Assembly (NCBI GenBank): GCA_002633005.1
Contig: NMRA01001192.1
Location: forward strand, 1 to 41,760
Length of the DNA: 41,760 nucleotides
Direction: 5' to 3'
From: Phoronis australis
Taxonomy: Eukaryota; Animalia; Phoronida
Part shown: positions 24,848 to 37,451 of the stretch, piece after piece
Numbering within the stretch: the first letter of the stretch is position 1
How the letters are laid out: every line of letters begins with the position of its first letter
Notes under the pieces: model-generated
Told to the model about the DNA's origin: nothing
Databases searched by the model: none
Seen by the model: only the letters and a program-made list of their open reading frames with translations
Made by a program: the position numbers and the translations under genes

Positions 24848-27800
24848 GTACTAGTCCGCGAGAGCACCAGCCACGAGCGGCAAGGTGGGGGTCAGCCGAT
24901 TTTCACCATATTTGGCACATAGGTAGTCCTATGGGATCTATATAAACAGCATGAAAATATTTCCTCAAAATATTGCGTTTTTCTAAAGTTATAGGCTCAA
25001 ACACATTTTACGGCTTCGCAGCCATGTTTTCACGGTATAAAAACTGTCCAGTTTTAACTGTTCATATTTTTCCTTGAATGAAAGCTATTGATTTATTATT
25101 CACTGGACATTGTTTAGTGGTGCCTGTAGATTGTTACACAGATGTCTTGAAACACGATTACGATTTACCACCCTCATTTAGTAGTTTTACTACACTCCCC
25201 CCGTTATGCCATTTTGAGGTTGTGTTCATTACACTGCTGTACCAAATCTGCCCCCACTGTTATGAGAATGAAACTTAGCCAAAATGTTGACAAAACATGT
25301 TACTTTCATTTCATAAAATAAAAACTTTGTCAGCCAGTTTATTAGTTATATATTTTGGCACCTCAAATGTACTAAAATTAGAAATTTTCGTGTAACTGAA
25401 ATCGATGCGTGAGCACCGTAAAATCCGATTGTCCTTCATGTTTTTCGATATTTTGCAACAAGTTAGTTCCTCCTGAATGTTTTGAACGTTTTACTACTGA
25501 TCACTTAGGGCTATAGTACCCCTAAATACCATACATGGCTCCATTTTGTAAAAAGCCGATTATGTCCTCCACAGTGAACAGGGTTAGACATGAACTCGAC
25601 AAATGTAGGTTACATGTATTTTGATTTACAGTTAATTTACTTTGCAGTTTCCTCATGGGTATTTCTTCACACATATTCAAGTCAGATTTTCTGTTGATCA
25701 AATATTCATGTAATGCATTGTAATATCAAATGAATGATAAGTTAGGTAGCATGACCGCAATTTTTCCCACGACTTAAAACAAAAGACCGCAGAAATTTTC
25801 CTGACGAAATATCGGGTTTGCAGTTCTGTAAAAACATTCGAATGACAAGACAAACTCCACCACTGTCCATGGCAACTCGTCGCATGTTTTTCACCCATCG
25901 GTCCTATCATTATTTTCCTTTGTTGTGTCATTGCTAGATGTAACAACACAGGTCGCATGGATATAGAACCTTGCGTACATCAGACCGTTGCCGATAAGCA
26001 CTCGTCATTATATCTTTATTATAACAACGGAAACAATGAAGATGCTAATCTATTGTTCTCTATGCGACCAGGTTTCCAGTGGATGACCACAGAAGAGGAA
26101 TCCCAAAGTATCCACAAACAATGACCACGCACCTTTGTAACTATTACCGCGCACACGAATCCTTTCCGTGGAACCTGAACACCGAATTTTTATATCCGTG
26201 TATTGTGTTGTATTGCTCATGGTACGGGTTCAGACTCTGTTGTATTAAGATTCCAATCCCCAACCCTGTAATATGTAGTTTGAGTAAAATTTCTAGACAA
26301 TGCAGGTTTATGGATTTATTCTCCTTCAAATGAAGAGTAAAAATCAAATTCTGCACAGGTTTTTTAAAAGTAATCACTTATTGGAAGATCACACATCTAA
26401 AAAATAAACAATGTTTGACAATTTTGTTCATTATCTTATTTGAAAATTGCCTACCTCACAGACAACTCATCTAAGCTGAAAATATTCCTTGTGAAAAAAT
26501 ATAAAATACCAACCAGAGACTTGTGTACTACAAAATATGTTTTCGTAATACAATGCAAAGATAACTGTACAGTCAAAAGTGCAAATGTTATCACTCTAAT
26601 AAAAAGTTGCCTTCTAGATCTTTTCAACACTCTAATTGCTACAGGACAGAGTCAACCACACAAAGCTCATAAAGTCAGGGAATTACATTTAAGGTGACGT
26701 AGTCTCACTGCGAAAAAGTGATTTCGCAATATCGCTGACAACACTGGAAATCTCTTCTTCACAAACTTGAGGTAGCTGTATTTACCACACCAATGTTCTT
26801 ATCAAAACTAACCACCACAATATGAAAAATTGGCTTGTCGGTTCCAGTTAGGCAGCATTTTACAATAAAATGGTCATGAAAAAATACTTTTGCAACATGG
26901 TTTGCATTACAATTGCCCTACGATTACAGTTGTACATACATACTAGACCAGTAACAAAATTACCCATGGGAACCATAAAATGGTCAATTCGCCAAAAAAA
27001 CAAGGAGCCACCAGAGCTAATGTGCCAATACTTTTCAGTACTGCAACAAAAAATCATTTGAAGTGGACATAAACTCGCCTAAAATCACATAAAACAACTT
27101 TTGATTTAGATATTTTACCATCACGAAATAGGTATTACTTCCAGGTCACTTTTGAGCAATTTCAGAACTTTGAAAGATCTGGCAATATGCAATTGCTAAA
27201 GACCAGACTAATAGTGTGCGATTTTATACACACAGCATGGTCTCAAGGAATAGCAAACTGTCAATTCGCTACAATTCCAGAAATCACTTCCCATCTGGAT
27301 AAGGAACAAACTGAGCAAAGTTTATAGAGGTAAATGGTCTAAATCAAAACTTATTACATCCTGGACAGAATATGGGTTTACAACCCAGGCAGAAAGATAA
27401 GTTAACAAAACCAGCCTAACTGCAACAGGGTCTCAAATTTCAGTAATATATACCCATTTACAAACAAAAATCTACAATGGTAAATAAAATGCGGAAACAT
27501 AAATTCAGATCAATTACGCATCTTCAAGGAAAAGAAATAGTACAGAGGTCAGAAATCATCTAAATGTGATGGCGACACTGAGTAATCCTGTCAGACCAAA
27601 AAATCCAGTGGCTAAACAAAATGAACAATGTACCATTACCATGTGGCCCAGGATCATAATCCGTGCCTGGACAAAAACTCAGTCTTAGACTAGGTAAATT
27701 TTAGACTTGTGCTGTTCACACAAGCAGTTCTGGTGCAAACAAAGCTTGCGACAACACACAAGCCTACTTCCCTACACAGCTGTGCTGATACAATAATGCC

Positions 27801-29883
27801 CCCACTGGATTTAGCAGATCAGCCAGAGTATTTACAGGTCCAGCCACTGTACTGTTTCCTCCCATTGAATTTTTACAATGCTACATCCTTGACAATCGCA
27901 GATTGCCTCTTTCTATGCATACTCCACTTCCTCTGTCCCAGTTTCCCCACATTTGTTGAGAGTGGCCTATCTCAACAAATTACTTTGGACCTGTTGTGGT
28001 ATAAGCCAGTAATCTTTGGCAAATACTTTTTCCCCAACTCGTTCCTCAAGCTACAAATTCTCTTTGATATATCTTCTGGGAGTAGACTTTCCGGCCTCTC
28101 TCTAGCCCCCTCACTTAGTTGTCCAGAAGGGTATCTTCTTGCTGGTTGTGAAATTTTCCATACCCAACCTTTACTAATAATCGGCAAGTCTCCAACTTCA
28201 GCAGAAGCCACTTCTTCAGCATAAGCCTTTCCTGATTCCTAAAATTGTATTAATGAAAAATTAAACATATTAAATTTAATGTGGCCATTTCGGCTCACAA
28301 AATATGAATACCAAGCTAAAATAAGTGAAGGCACCAATATTTTTGACGGCTTTAGCATGTTTAATTAACTTCATAATCGCAGAAAATCATTGGTAGACAA
28401 AACATACTCCCTAGTCTCTAAAAGTAGTTCATGGGCAGAAGTCATGTTACACATTTGGTGGTTGTTATGAAAAGTTATGATGACAACCTTATTTTCTATG
28501 CCAGTGTATACATGTAGTTGCATAAACATCAACACATTTGGATAAGATATGATTAAGCAATAAGGCCCAAGTTATAAGCAATCACGGTGTGTCAATAAAA
28601 GTATTTTTGCATGAATGACGGGCTTCTAAAAATATTCCTCAGGGTCAGACCCTGGAGTTTAGTGATTCCTACCTGAGCTCACAAGAAGCAGGACGTTGAA
28701 CCTTGACTTTAAACGTTTTTGGTAATTTTTCAGACCTCTATCAGATTTCTCCTCTAGTGTGCAGTGGATGTTCTAAGTGTCTTAAGCGACGCCAACATAT
28801 CTCGAGTGTTGTAACGATGATTCGGGCAAGTGAACCATACGGTAGATTATGTAGCTCCTGCTGCACACAGTGCCTCCGAGGCACACACTGAGACAGACTA
28901 CTCAGGAGGACACGTTCCACCTCCACATCAGCTCCACGTACTCTTATAAGGTGCTCAAATGTCTCGCTCTATACCTTGTGTATTTCCCTAGAGTTTCCGA
29001 AGTTGTTTCTCCCCGCAATTTGTAGAAATACCACATTCGATGCGACTGGCAGTGCCAGACAAATAGATAAATTCGCAAACCCGCACTTTAGGTCAGCCAT
29101 CATTCAACTAACGCCTTGTAAGCTTTAGTTTGGTATTCAGACGAATTGGATGAACAAATTTAGTATAATTTCATTATTTATTGGGAAATGCTAGTGTCCT
29201 TAAAATTGATTAAAAACATTTAAGCAAACCAATTGTTTTAATTGTTGTTTTATACCACGGCATATTAATGCGTAGAAACGGCGCACAACTAGTGACTGGT
29301 TTAACATGACAAATACACATACGCGGTCTGAAAATAGTGAAATTCAGACACCTATTACCAAGCCTGCCTGAAGCGCTGACAAAGTTTTTATTGTATTAAT
29401 TTCAAGGGCATGGAGTCTTCTACATGTCCATGTTATTATTTTTAGTTTTCTTGCGGGGGCAGCTTCGCTATAAGGGTACAGCTTACTGCTGGTTTTTCAC
29501 AAGACGGAAATGTACCTCCACGGAAACAGTTGCAGTGTTACCATGGTAACCGATATTGCAGTGTCGGTGCCGTTTTTACTGACATTGGTCATGAACCTAT
29601 CATGTGATGTCAAAATTGTTCAGAAACGATTCTTTTTGAAGCAGAAACTGGAGTAGAAAATTTGGTCAAAAATGACTCATTCCACAGCAAGAAATTGTCT
29701 CATTTTGCCCCCAAGAACACTTCCCATGTATCTCCTAAACCACCAAACTTTGTGGTGTCATACTTCACCCATTTTCTCTCATCCCTAATGTGATTTATCA
29801 GACTAAACATGGATCTGAATGGTTGACCCCCCACCTTGCCGCTTGTTGGCTGTACAGTGGTCGGTGGATCCGTGGACTGATAC
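24848..29883 (-). mobile_element. ~5.0-kb TTAA-flanked DNA transposon, probably Sola3-like, nested in the Harbinger
   Basis: TTAA at 24844-24847 and 29884-29887. TIRs gtactagtccgcg...agcggcaaggtgggggtcagcc versus the reverse complement gtatcagtccacg...agcggcaaggtggggggtcaacc. Internal spliced transposase-like remnant. Confidence 0.75.
27972..29070 (-). pseudogene. Degenerate two-exon transposase N-terminal region (candidate intron 28239-28672)
   Basis: TCPNHRY...ICWRRLRHLEHPLH...VLLLVSSG|IRK across a GT(28672)...AG(28239) junction, then DLPIISKGWVWKISQPARRY. Resembles the Cys/His-rich N-terminus of the SDNAGCYH-type transposases; many stops. Confidence 0.45.
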
Positions 29884-31405
29884 TTAAGAACATCCCTAAC
29901 ATTTAGGGACTGTTTCATGCAACCAGGCACTGAACTACTGCTGGCCCCCTGGTGGCAGTTTCTATAACCAAATTTTTTTGGTGAAATTTCATGAAATTTG
30001 GCCAAAACATTTACGTCGAGGAAACGATGGCACATGCATGTTTGAGAACGAAGTTTGAATGTATATCTAATTCTTTTACGACATTTTGTTTTCTGTGCCT
30101 GAGGATGAGTTTTCATTGATTAAAATAGAAACGTCGTTTACATGCTGCAGTCCAGCATCGTTTTTGTTTTCCACTTCTTACCGCAGAGATTAATATTATT
30201 TTCATGCATGTTTTCGAATGAGTCTAACTGGTACTGCCACACCAGTGACAGTTTTGCCATTTTGGAAACCGCTCATACATTTAACCGGTGGCCCCCGTCA
30301 GCTGCTAACTGGTGACCTACATGTAGTAACGTTCACCTTATTACCGGATAATCATTACATAAAAATATATAAAGTCACATAATCTGAGTTTTGTCACTTT
30401 TACAGTATGCTAATTGTTTAACCAAATCTGATGTTGTCACTTGTTGTCACACTCCCACTAGAGATAAAAGTGATATCTCTTAAAAATATTGGACGCACGG
30501 GTTTCAAAAGTTTCATTGTAGCTATGGCTTACACTTAGCAACGTGGCATTACAAATTAATACGCAAATTAAAATGATCATAACAGCCTTTTGCCACAGTA
30601 AGTAACTTTTTAGCAATACGGATTGAACCAAGTTCACGTTAACTAAGAAAGTAGACATGCGCAATTGTTACCATGGCGACTGAGCGCCATAAAAGCTTCC
30701 TCCTTACACTAGAATTTGACAAGCATGGAAATAAATAATATGAAGCTATAAGGCAGAAGGATTCAAGTAAGCTTCACACTTTATAATCCAAATGTAACCC
30801 ATTTCTGTAAATCAAATAAGAGTGTTCACAATTGTTGCTTTGATATATTTTGAAATAGAAAGTAACTAGTTGCAAAACATGAATCAAAATCACATTTTAT
30901 GCATGAAATCTAGAAACATATGTATCCTATTGTGAAACATAATCATCCGTTGAACAGAAGTTGGCTTTCAAATAAAAAACGATTTTAAAACAATTTCAAC
31001 AGATCGTAGCAGAATGCAAGGTCAATTGGATGGGCACTTCACATTGAAAGAAATAGAAAAATCACAATAGTTAGGGCGTATGCACCGGCAAACTGTACAA
31101 AACCGCTTTGTGTAGCAGTGTGTCTACAAATGCATGATAGTTAAATCTTCACCGCTGACAAGGTAGCCGGTTGAACATGCCTTTCAGTTCAGAAAAGTCA
31201 CCATGTTGTCTAACGTGAATTATGAACACTTTAATGAACATTACATACGTTAGCCCTTTGTGATTGAATTCTGGTGGTAACTCATGGATTGCACAGGATA
31301 GTAGGTAAGGATATGTGTTACTAAAATTTACCGCTAGAATATGTGTGAAAATAACTCTTAAGCACTTTTAGTAAAAATTTGACAAATGAATGGCAATAAC
31401 TTTTG

Positions 31406-32579
31406 AATAGCTCACTTGCGAGTTTCTCGTTAGTCACTGTGACGTCATCGGAAAGGGGGCAAATCCCGCCATATTGCTCTTGTTTTGCCCCGAGTCTTTG
31501 CTACAAACGCTAAAACTTACTGGAGTTCTTATGGTGAATTTTACGCTTAAAACGTTAAAATAACTTAAGATATGGTAGATGGGTCGTGGAATAACTGTGA
31601 ATGGACGAAGAAAATGTGAACTTGTTATGTTGTGCGAAGCTGTGAACGGACTGAAATTGGAACTTAACCCGCTCTAGGCCTGAATGGCGCAGGCATACAG
31701 GGGCGATAGTGTATCCCCGTAAAAAGATATTCACTTCAAAATACAGCAAATAAAATCAAATGAAACATGCATATGTGCACATGAAGTTTTAATTAACACA
31801 TACCCTGACTCTGGACACAATTCAGTCTACAAATAACTTGAGCATATTCATGAAAACCTCGCGGTTTTCTCGAGTTTCTCTCACTAGCCGCCATTTTGAG
31901 GTAGTAACGTGAAATCACGCCTGTTGACGGACAAAAAGTCCAAGGGACACAAATCTTACAAATTTCAGTTGATATTTTCTCATGCTATTTTGCAAGTGTC
32001 ACGCGCCAGGTCACGAGCCAGATCTCGCGCTTCGCTCAGTCTCGCGCTAGCCTTTGCCTCATACTCACCTGACTCAGTTGAAATACTTAATTGTGGTTAT
32101 CGCGCGCGCGGACAAAGTTAACAGTAACCACAAAGTGGAGTTAGAATTCTTCGCCAAAGTCACCCGAATTCCCGTATATTTGCTTCATCGAAGATATGTT
32201 TAGAAGCAGAAAGAGTCACTGAAGAAAGTAAGAGCCTTTTAGGTGCTAATTTTAGGTGTAGAATGTATTTTTGACGAGGTGAAAACTTTATCAGTGAGCG
32301 TATTTCGTCTACCGCCGTTTAAAATACACGGGACGAAATTAATACAGAACGCGATAGAACTTATTGTAGTGCGAATCTGAAGTTCATTTGCCATAACAGC
32401 AATGCTTTTGGACATTTTTCGAACTAAACGGCTAAAAACTCGAAGACAATAACATAATGCACTCTGCTACCGTATTGGGCAAATGACCAAACGACAAGCT
32501 TTTGCCCCACTTCCCGTGACGTCACATTTAAGTCTCACATAATCTCGCGTTATTGTTATAAACTCGCAAAAGGCCTATT
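31406..32579. mobile_element. Non-autonomous DNA transposon with AATAG...CTATT ends (possible AT TSD; ISL2EU/Harbinger-like)
   Basis: Left aatag...ttgcgagttt...gtgacgtcatcggaaagggggcaaa versus the reverse complement of the right end, aatag...ttgcgagttt...gtgacgtcacgggaagtggggcaaa. Confidence 0.6.
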
Positions 32580-33316
32580 GGTATGCTTCGAGGGGTGCTT
32601 CTGATTTCATTTAAATGGCGCAAAATACGTTAAACCCATACGAAATTGAGGAGGTGTCAACGACTCTCTAATGCAAAACTGTACCTCAAATTTATGAAAA
32701 TACGCCAAAGAACTCCAAAGAATCATAATCGGAATTATGATGACACAGTTCAGTTGGAACAAGTCACCACATAGGCTGAATGAATTCCCACAATCCTTTG
32801 TGCATATCATGACGTCTTGTAATCCGTTTAAAGGTCAATCAGGGAACAATATTATCTGCATTACAGCACACTTACCAGCTTTACAAGGAATCTTATTTGA
32901 GAGAAGTGACTAGAGAATATCAGAAATTTGTGTTGCCTAGTTTATAAAAAAAATCAAAACAGTGCAGTGACAAACACAGCCTGCATGAAGAAAGAACTCA
33001 GCCCAAGTAGACATCAATGATTGCTGAGACAGTTTTTTCTAACAGCATGCACTCACTCCGGTGTTTAACAGTTACTTTTCACATGTGTTTGCCAAAATTG
33101 TCTGTCAGACTTTCCGCTAATTTTGCAATGATTTTCAGAAAATGACTTTCTTCCAATTCTCTTCAAGATTTTCAACATAAAGGCTAATAGAAAATTTTGG
33201 ACGGAATTCGTCAACTTTTTTTGAAAACTGATGTACTCAGCGCCATTTGAATACAAAAGGAAGACATTACATGACAGATATCCTTCCACCAAACGGATGG
33301 AACAACGTAGGCTCAC

Positions 33317-33388
33317 CTTGACGTAGACACTTCCGACCAGGTGATCACCCAAATTGTCACAGACATTCATTTCCTCTATTTCACCATA
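33317..33388 (-). CDS. U2AF1: U2AF small subunit, coding exon 5 (72 nt): YGEIEEMNVCDNLGDHLVGSVYVK
   Basis: Near-identical to the U2AF35 UHM/RRM; acceptor ttgcag, donor gtgagc; in frame with exon 4. Confidence 0.96.
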
Positions 33389-33999
33389 CTGCAACAAAAC
33401 CAAAACAACATGCATTATTTAAAGCTACATTTGACCCTGTTCAGTTGACTACAAACAAAAACTGAATATCAGGCCTTTCTCTCTCTTACCTTGACAGGAT
33501 TCTATTTCTAGTACCAACACAAGTCACAAGCAACGCATACAAGTGCCATTTTCCAATTCGCACTTTTAGGGTTGCCCAACCCCATTAATCTCTGAAGCGC
33601 TTTCTTGAGTCACTGATGTTCTTGCTGGTAATAGAAGTAAATTGTGATCAAGGAGAGGAGATTCTTATCATGGAGACAGACTTCATTACAGTAAAAGGCC
33701 TAATTTAATTTCCGTTTTTATCCAGCTAATCGGGGCGAAATTACAATGCGCATACTTCTATTGCGCTAAATTTAATAAATCCTGTAAAGTATCGCAATGA
33801 TATTGCATCATGCTCTAATTAACATGTGACTTGGATTCAACTGCTCATATACCTAATGTATATACATCCACTAAAACTTCATCTATAAACCCACAATGCA
33901 GTTTACCTGAACACAAAACCTACTCTATAGTAATACACTCAATAAATAGTGCAAAGCAAGGCAGTCATTTCTTGTAACATCTACAGTTATGATTCATTG

Positions 34000-34107
34000 G
34001 TGTGTGTGTGTGTGTGTGTGTGCGTGCGTGCGTGCGTGTGCGTGTGTAGGTGCGTGTGTAGGTGCGTGTAGGTGTGTATAGGTGTGTGTGTGTGTGTGTG
34101 TGCGTGC
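34000..34107. repeat. Compound (GT)n/(GCGT)n microsatellite in a U2AF1 intron
   Basis: Read directly. Confidence 0.95.
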
Positions 34108-34841
34108 ACTACCTGCATGAAAACCAGTGTGGTAGAAAAGGTTCCAATATTTCAATTCCCCATAGACAAAAATGCAACAAGCAAATGGCATAATTCTGTG
34201 TGTTCAGTGAGGTACTAGTCCCAAGTATGCCAATAACAATTTGCCAAGTCCAGCAACTTCATCAATGCCAACAATTTTACTGGGACAGAGGTGTGTTCCA
34301 ATGCCACCAATACAGAATTGTGTTTTAAATACTTTGAGGAAAAGTGCATCGGAAAAGAAGATTTCCTCGAGTGTGGGAGATAAAAAATTTAGATGCTGAA
34401 ATTTATACCTGCGACTGATAGTCAAGGCAAGATGATACAGTTGTTTCTTGAACAAGTGTCAGAATGATCTGTGCTGCCTCATATAATACGAGCTGAGGAT
34501 ATCCCAGACTTTTTAGAAATTATTACAAAATCCAAAATGATAAGGTTTCTGTATTGACACTAATGTTTTTCACGCCGGAACGAAAACGTTACAACCCAAT
34601 ACAGCACACCCCAAAAGTAATCGGACACGATATTTCCCTCGCACTCAGTTCTCTTGACAACAAACTCCGGGTCATTTTGTCCGATTATTTTTGGCACGCA
34701 CTGTATTGTAGTACCAAAGACTCGGCTAGAAGCATCAGTTGCAACAAATCCAGAATGAATGCTTACAGGTACGATGGTTGCTCCACTAGCACCACCTAGT
34801 GTATTTGGAGTTGCTTATTAATGTATGGCATAATTACGTAC

Positions 34842-34918
34842 CTTAGCCTCCAGTTCAACAAAGATCTCCTCAAAGAATTCATCGTAGTGCTGCTGCATTT
34901 CCACGTCACTAACGACAA
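34842..34918 (-). CDS. U2AF1: U2AF small subunit, coding exon 4 (77 nt): (F)VVSDVEMQQHYDEFFEEIFVELEAK
   Basis: Matches SDVEMQEHYDEFFEEVF; acceptor ttccag, donor gtacgt; phase 1 to 0 is consistent with the neighbouring exons. Confidence 0.96.
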
Positions 34919-36102
34919 CTGGAAGCAATAAAAATGGTTTGACACGTGTTCACCCACCACAATAGCAAGTTGTTGAAAAATGCAATTCAATGTGTACTTA
35001 AAACACGCGAATATGAATAACTCCATGCAGCTAACCAATATACTGAACTTGACGTTCACTAACGAATAATTTTTTAGAATTCTGCTCCAAAAATACAACT
35101 GCTGTTTCTACACCAACAAACTTTGAAGTCGATCATCTCACCATTCTCAAACTCTAAATTGAGCCGACAATCCCTCAACCTAATACTTCACATTGCATAA
35201 CAATAATAGTCAGAAATAGTCTTATAACATAACTGCAAAAGAATACCCACTAATTACAAGTACTATTACCACATTTCAAGATCTGCAAAGCATTGCACGA
35301 GTACTGAGAGATTTACTCACAGCTTATGGTGTACAGACCACTTTCCATAGTAACAGGTTGTGGTATGTTGTATATGACCAAAGCCATTTGTCAAAAATAC
35401 ACAACTTTCCTCACTCTTATACCACTCTTCAAGTTGCAGACAGAGTCTTAAGGTTATGTGGAACTTTATCGACAAGTCTCTGCATTTAGTCAAATATCTA
35501 GGAAATATAAACACTAGACCTGTAGAAGTGTATATTTCCGAATGTAGACTTACATTTTTGACTTTATACCATCTGTCATTTATTTGGTCACTAACCGTGT
35601 CTTTTCAAGATGAGATCTCAAAAATATTGCAACAGTTTTATAAATCATCCTTTTGTTTTTGCTTAATGCAACTGTCGAGGTTTTCATATCATAAAAGTCC
35701 TATTTTTGATAACCACTCATGTGAAATTGCCGTTTTAAAAACAATTCTGAACAGCTTTGGAGAACGAGGAATAATGCATAGTTTCTGTGAGTGTCATGTA
35801 AATCCCACTTAGCCGTTTCTGAGATATGATGATGCGACGTAAGCCAAATTTGGGCTTTTTCCTAGGGTCCTACATAACTTTAACAGCTCATCAGCCCAAA
35901 GGGACAATCTTTGAAGGTTTGTTTGAAAATTATTGCTTGAATTTGCCTGTTTTTGAAATGGAATACAACACATAATATCTCAATCGAGGAACTTTGAAAG
36001 TTTGTGTGAATGAACTCCAGACATTTTTGACAAACCATCCATTGCGAAGCCAACCTAAGTATAACTTTGAAACAACTGAAGTAGGAAATAGAATGTCCTT
36101 AC

Positions 36103-36169
36103 AGTGCGATCCATCAGCCGTCTGAGCAGAGTTCTGTGGGTTCAAATAGAGGTTAGGAATCACAATCGT
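36103..36169 (-). CDS. U2AF1: U2AF small subunit, coding exon 3 (67 nt): TIVIPNLYLNPQNSAQTADGSH
   Basis: Matches TI...N.Y.NPQNS.Q.ADG; canonical 67-nt size; acceptor tttcag, donor gtaagg. Confidence 0.96.
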
Positions 36170-36584
36170 CTGAAAAGAAAAGCACAATGTGTACACACAC
36201 TGTTGGTTATGCTGCAAAATTAAATTGGCAAAATAGAAGATTACCAATTGAAAGCTTTCTAAAGAGGCTATCACTCATTTCCTACACGAATTTGAGGTGC
36301 TTTATGTTTACAACAATCTACACTAAAATTTCTCCAGTTTGGGACAGCCTCCAAAGTCTGAGACACTGAAATTAAAGCCAAAATTGAATTTCTTGATTCT
36401 GAAGATTGAGACAATGGTTATTTTGCCTTTACCGAGTGGCTGACAAGGTGATTTTCTGCTGTCGTCATTAGTTTTCCCATGAAGGTACGTCAAGTAAAAG
36501 GAGGTCACAAGCAATGAATGCACAGTCTGGCCATTTGGAATTAAATATTGAATGACATCTTCAGTTATTTTTTTGCTACAGTAC

Positions 36585-36672
36585 CTGGCTAAATGTTGGT
36601 TTGTTGTGAAGTCGTGAACATCTTTCGCCATGTCGACAAGCACCAATTTTGAAGTAGAAAGAACAGTTGACT
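36585..36672 (-). CDS. U2AF1: U2AF small subunit, coding exon 2 (88 nt): [29 protein letters not shown] (first CCCH zinc finger)
   Basis: Near-identical to U2AF35; acceptor tttcag, donor gtactg. Confidence 0.97.
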
Positions 36673-37407
36673 CTGAAATATACATTCAACATGAGAATTC
36701 AATGAAATCTAGTACACTCATCATCACATACAAGCTTGTTCATGAAAAATGTGCCTATGGTCATGATCATCTCTGAGTTAAACTGATATAGCACATTTCA
36801 GTATTAATACAAAGAAAACAGGTCAGCTTTAAGTCTTTAAGACCCAAATTGTTAGTGTGGTGCTGTGAGTGTCTGAGGAGACTGCATAAAGAATGTCAAA
36901 GTGTCAGACCCTCCAAAAATCATCGGCAGTCGTGCTATCCACTATTACAGTGATCTCCACTATCTGTCTTTTTTGGTGGCATTGCTCCGCACATTCTAAA
37001 TAACCCTGAACAAAAACGGTCAACAAAGGACAGTGCCGTGAAACAAAATGGCCGACGACATTCATTCAGTGTCGAGGCAAAATTTAAAACACCAAGCCAA
37101 AGGTTAAAGCGATATGAAAATAAAATATCTGTGAGAGTAAATTTATGTCCAATGCCGCACATAACGTTGTCAGTTACAGGTTTTCTGATTAAGTTTTCGG
37201 CTACTTTAGCCACGTAGTTTGGAAAGCAAGGATCAAGATCAAGGCAACGTCAACGACAACAAGTTCGGAATCTGTTCGGAAGGCTCAAGTCGCTTTCACT
37301 GTTATGCTTTCGAGTCCCTTCAACAGTATCACAGTTTATCAGTGGATTTTTATCTTCGAAATACTTTCGTGTCATCAGCCAAAGAGAAGAACAAATCTAA
37401 AACTTAC

Positions 37408-37451
37408 TTATCTTTTTCAGTACCGAAAATGGAAGCCAAGTACTCGGCCAT
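37408..37451 (-). CDS. U2AF1: U2AF small subunit, coding exon 1 (44 nt): MAEYLASIFGTEKD(K)
   Basis: Invariant U2AF35 N-terminus; donor gtaagt at 37407-37402. Confidence 0.97.

Larger units (their letters stand above)
23780..29929 (-). mobile_element. PIF/Harbinger DNA transposon (defective) with CTG TSD, hosting two nested insertions
   Basis: CTG|tgcccggttgcaagaaac ... gtttcatgcaaccaggca|CTG (TSD at 23777-23779 and 29930-29932); tcccta/taggga subterminal repeats at both ends; HARBI1-like ORF piece at 24505-24714. Confidence 0.85.

Noticed and set aside
27709-28224. 171-aa + strand ORF, the longest gap-free ORF in the track
   Set aside because: It is antisense to the transposase-like remnant inside the TTAA element, starts at a non-ATG codon and has no recognisable domain.
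32750-32810. Possible intronic C/D-box snoRNA on the - strand (ATGATA...CTGA)
   Set aside because: Imperfect C box, weak terminal stem and only ~9-10 nt of possible rRNA complementarity. It would need an Infernal or snoScan hit.
34204-34265. let-7-like TGAGGTA start (+) and a C/D-box pair (-) in U2AF1 intron 4
   Set aside because: Similarity to let-7 is limited to the first ~11 nt with a mismatch and there is no hairpin. The C/D candidate lacks a stem and an identifiable target.
35548-35580. Strong GTAAGT donor in U2AF1 intron 3 as a possible alternative or poison exon
   Set aside because: No polypyrimidine acceptor upstream and no similarity to exon 3.
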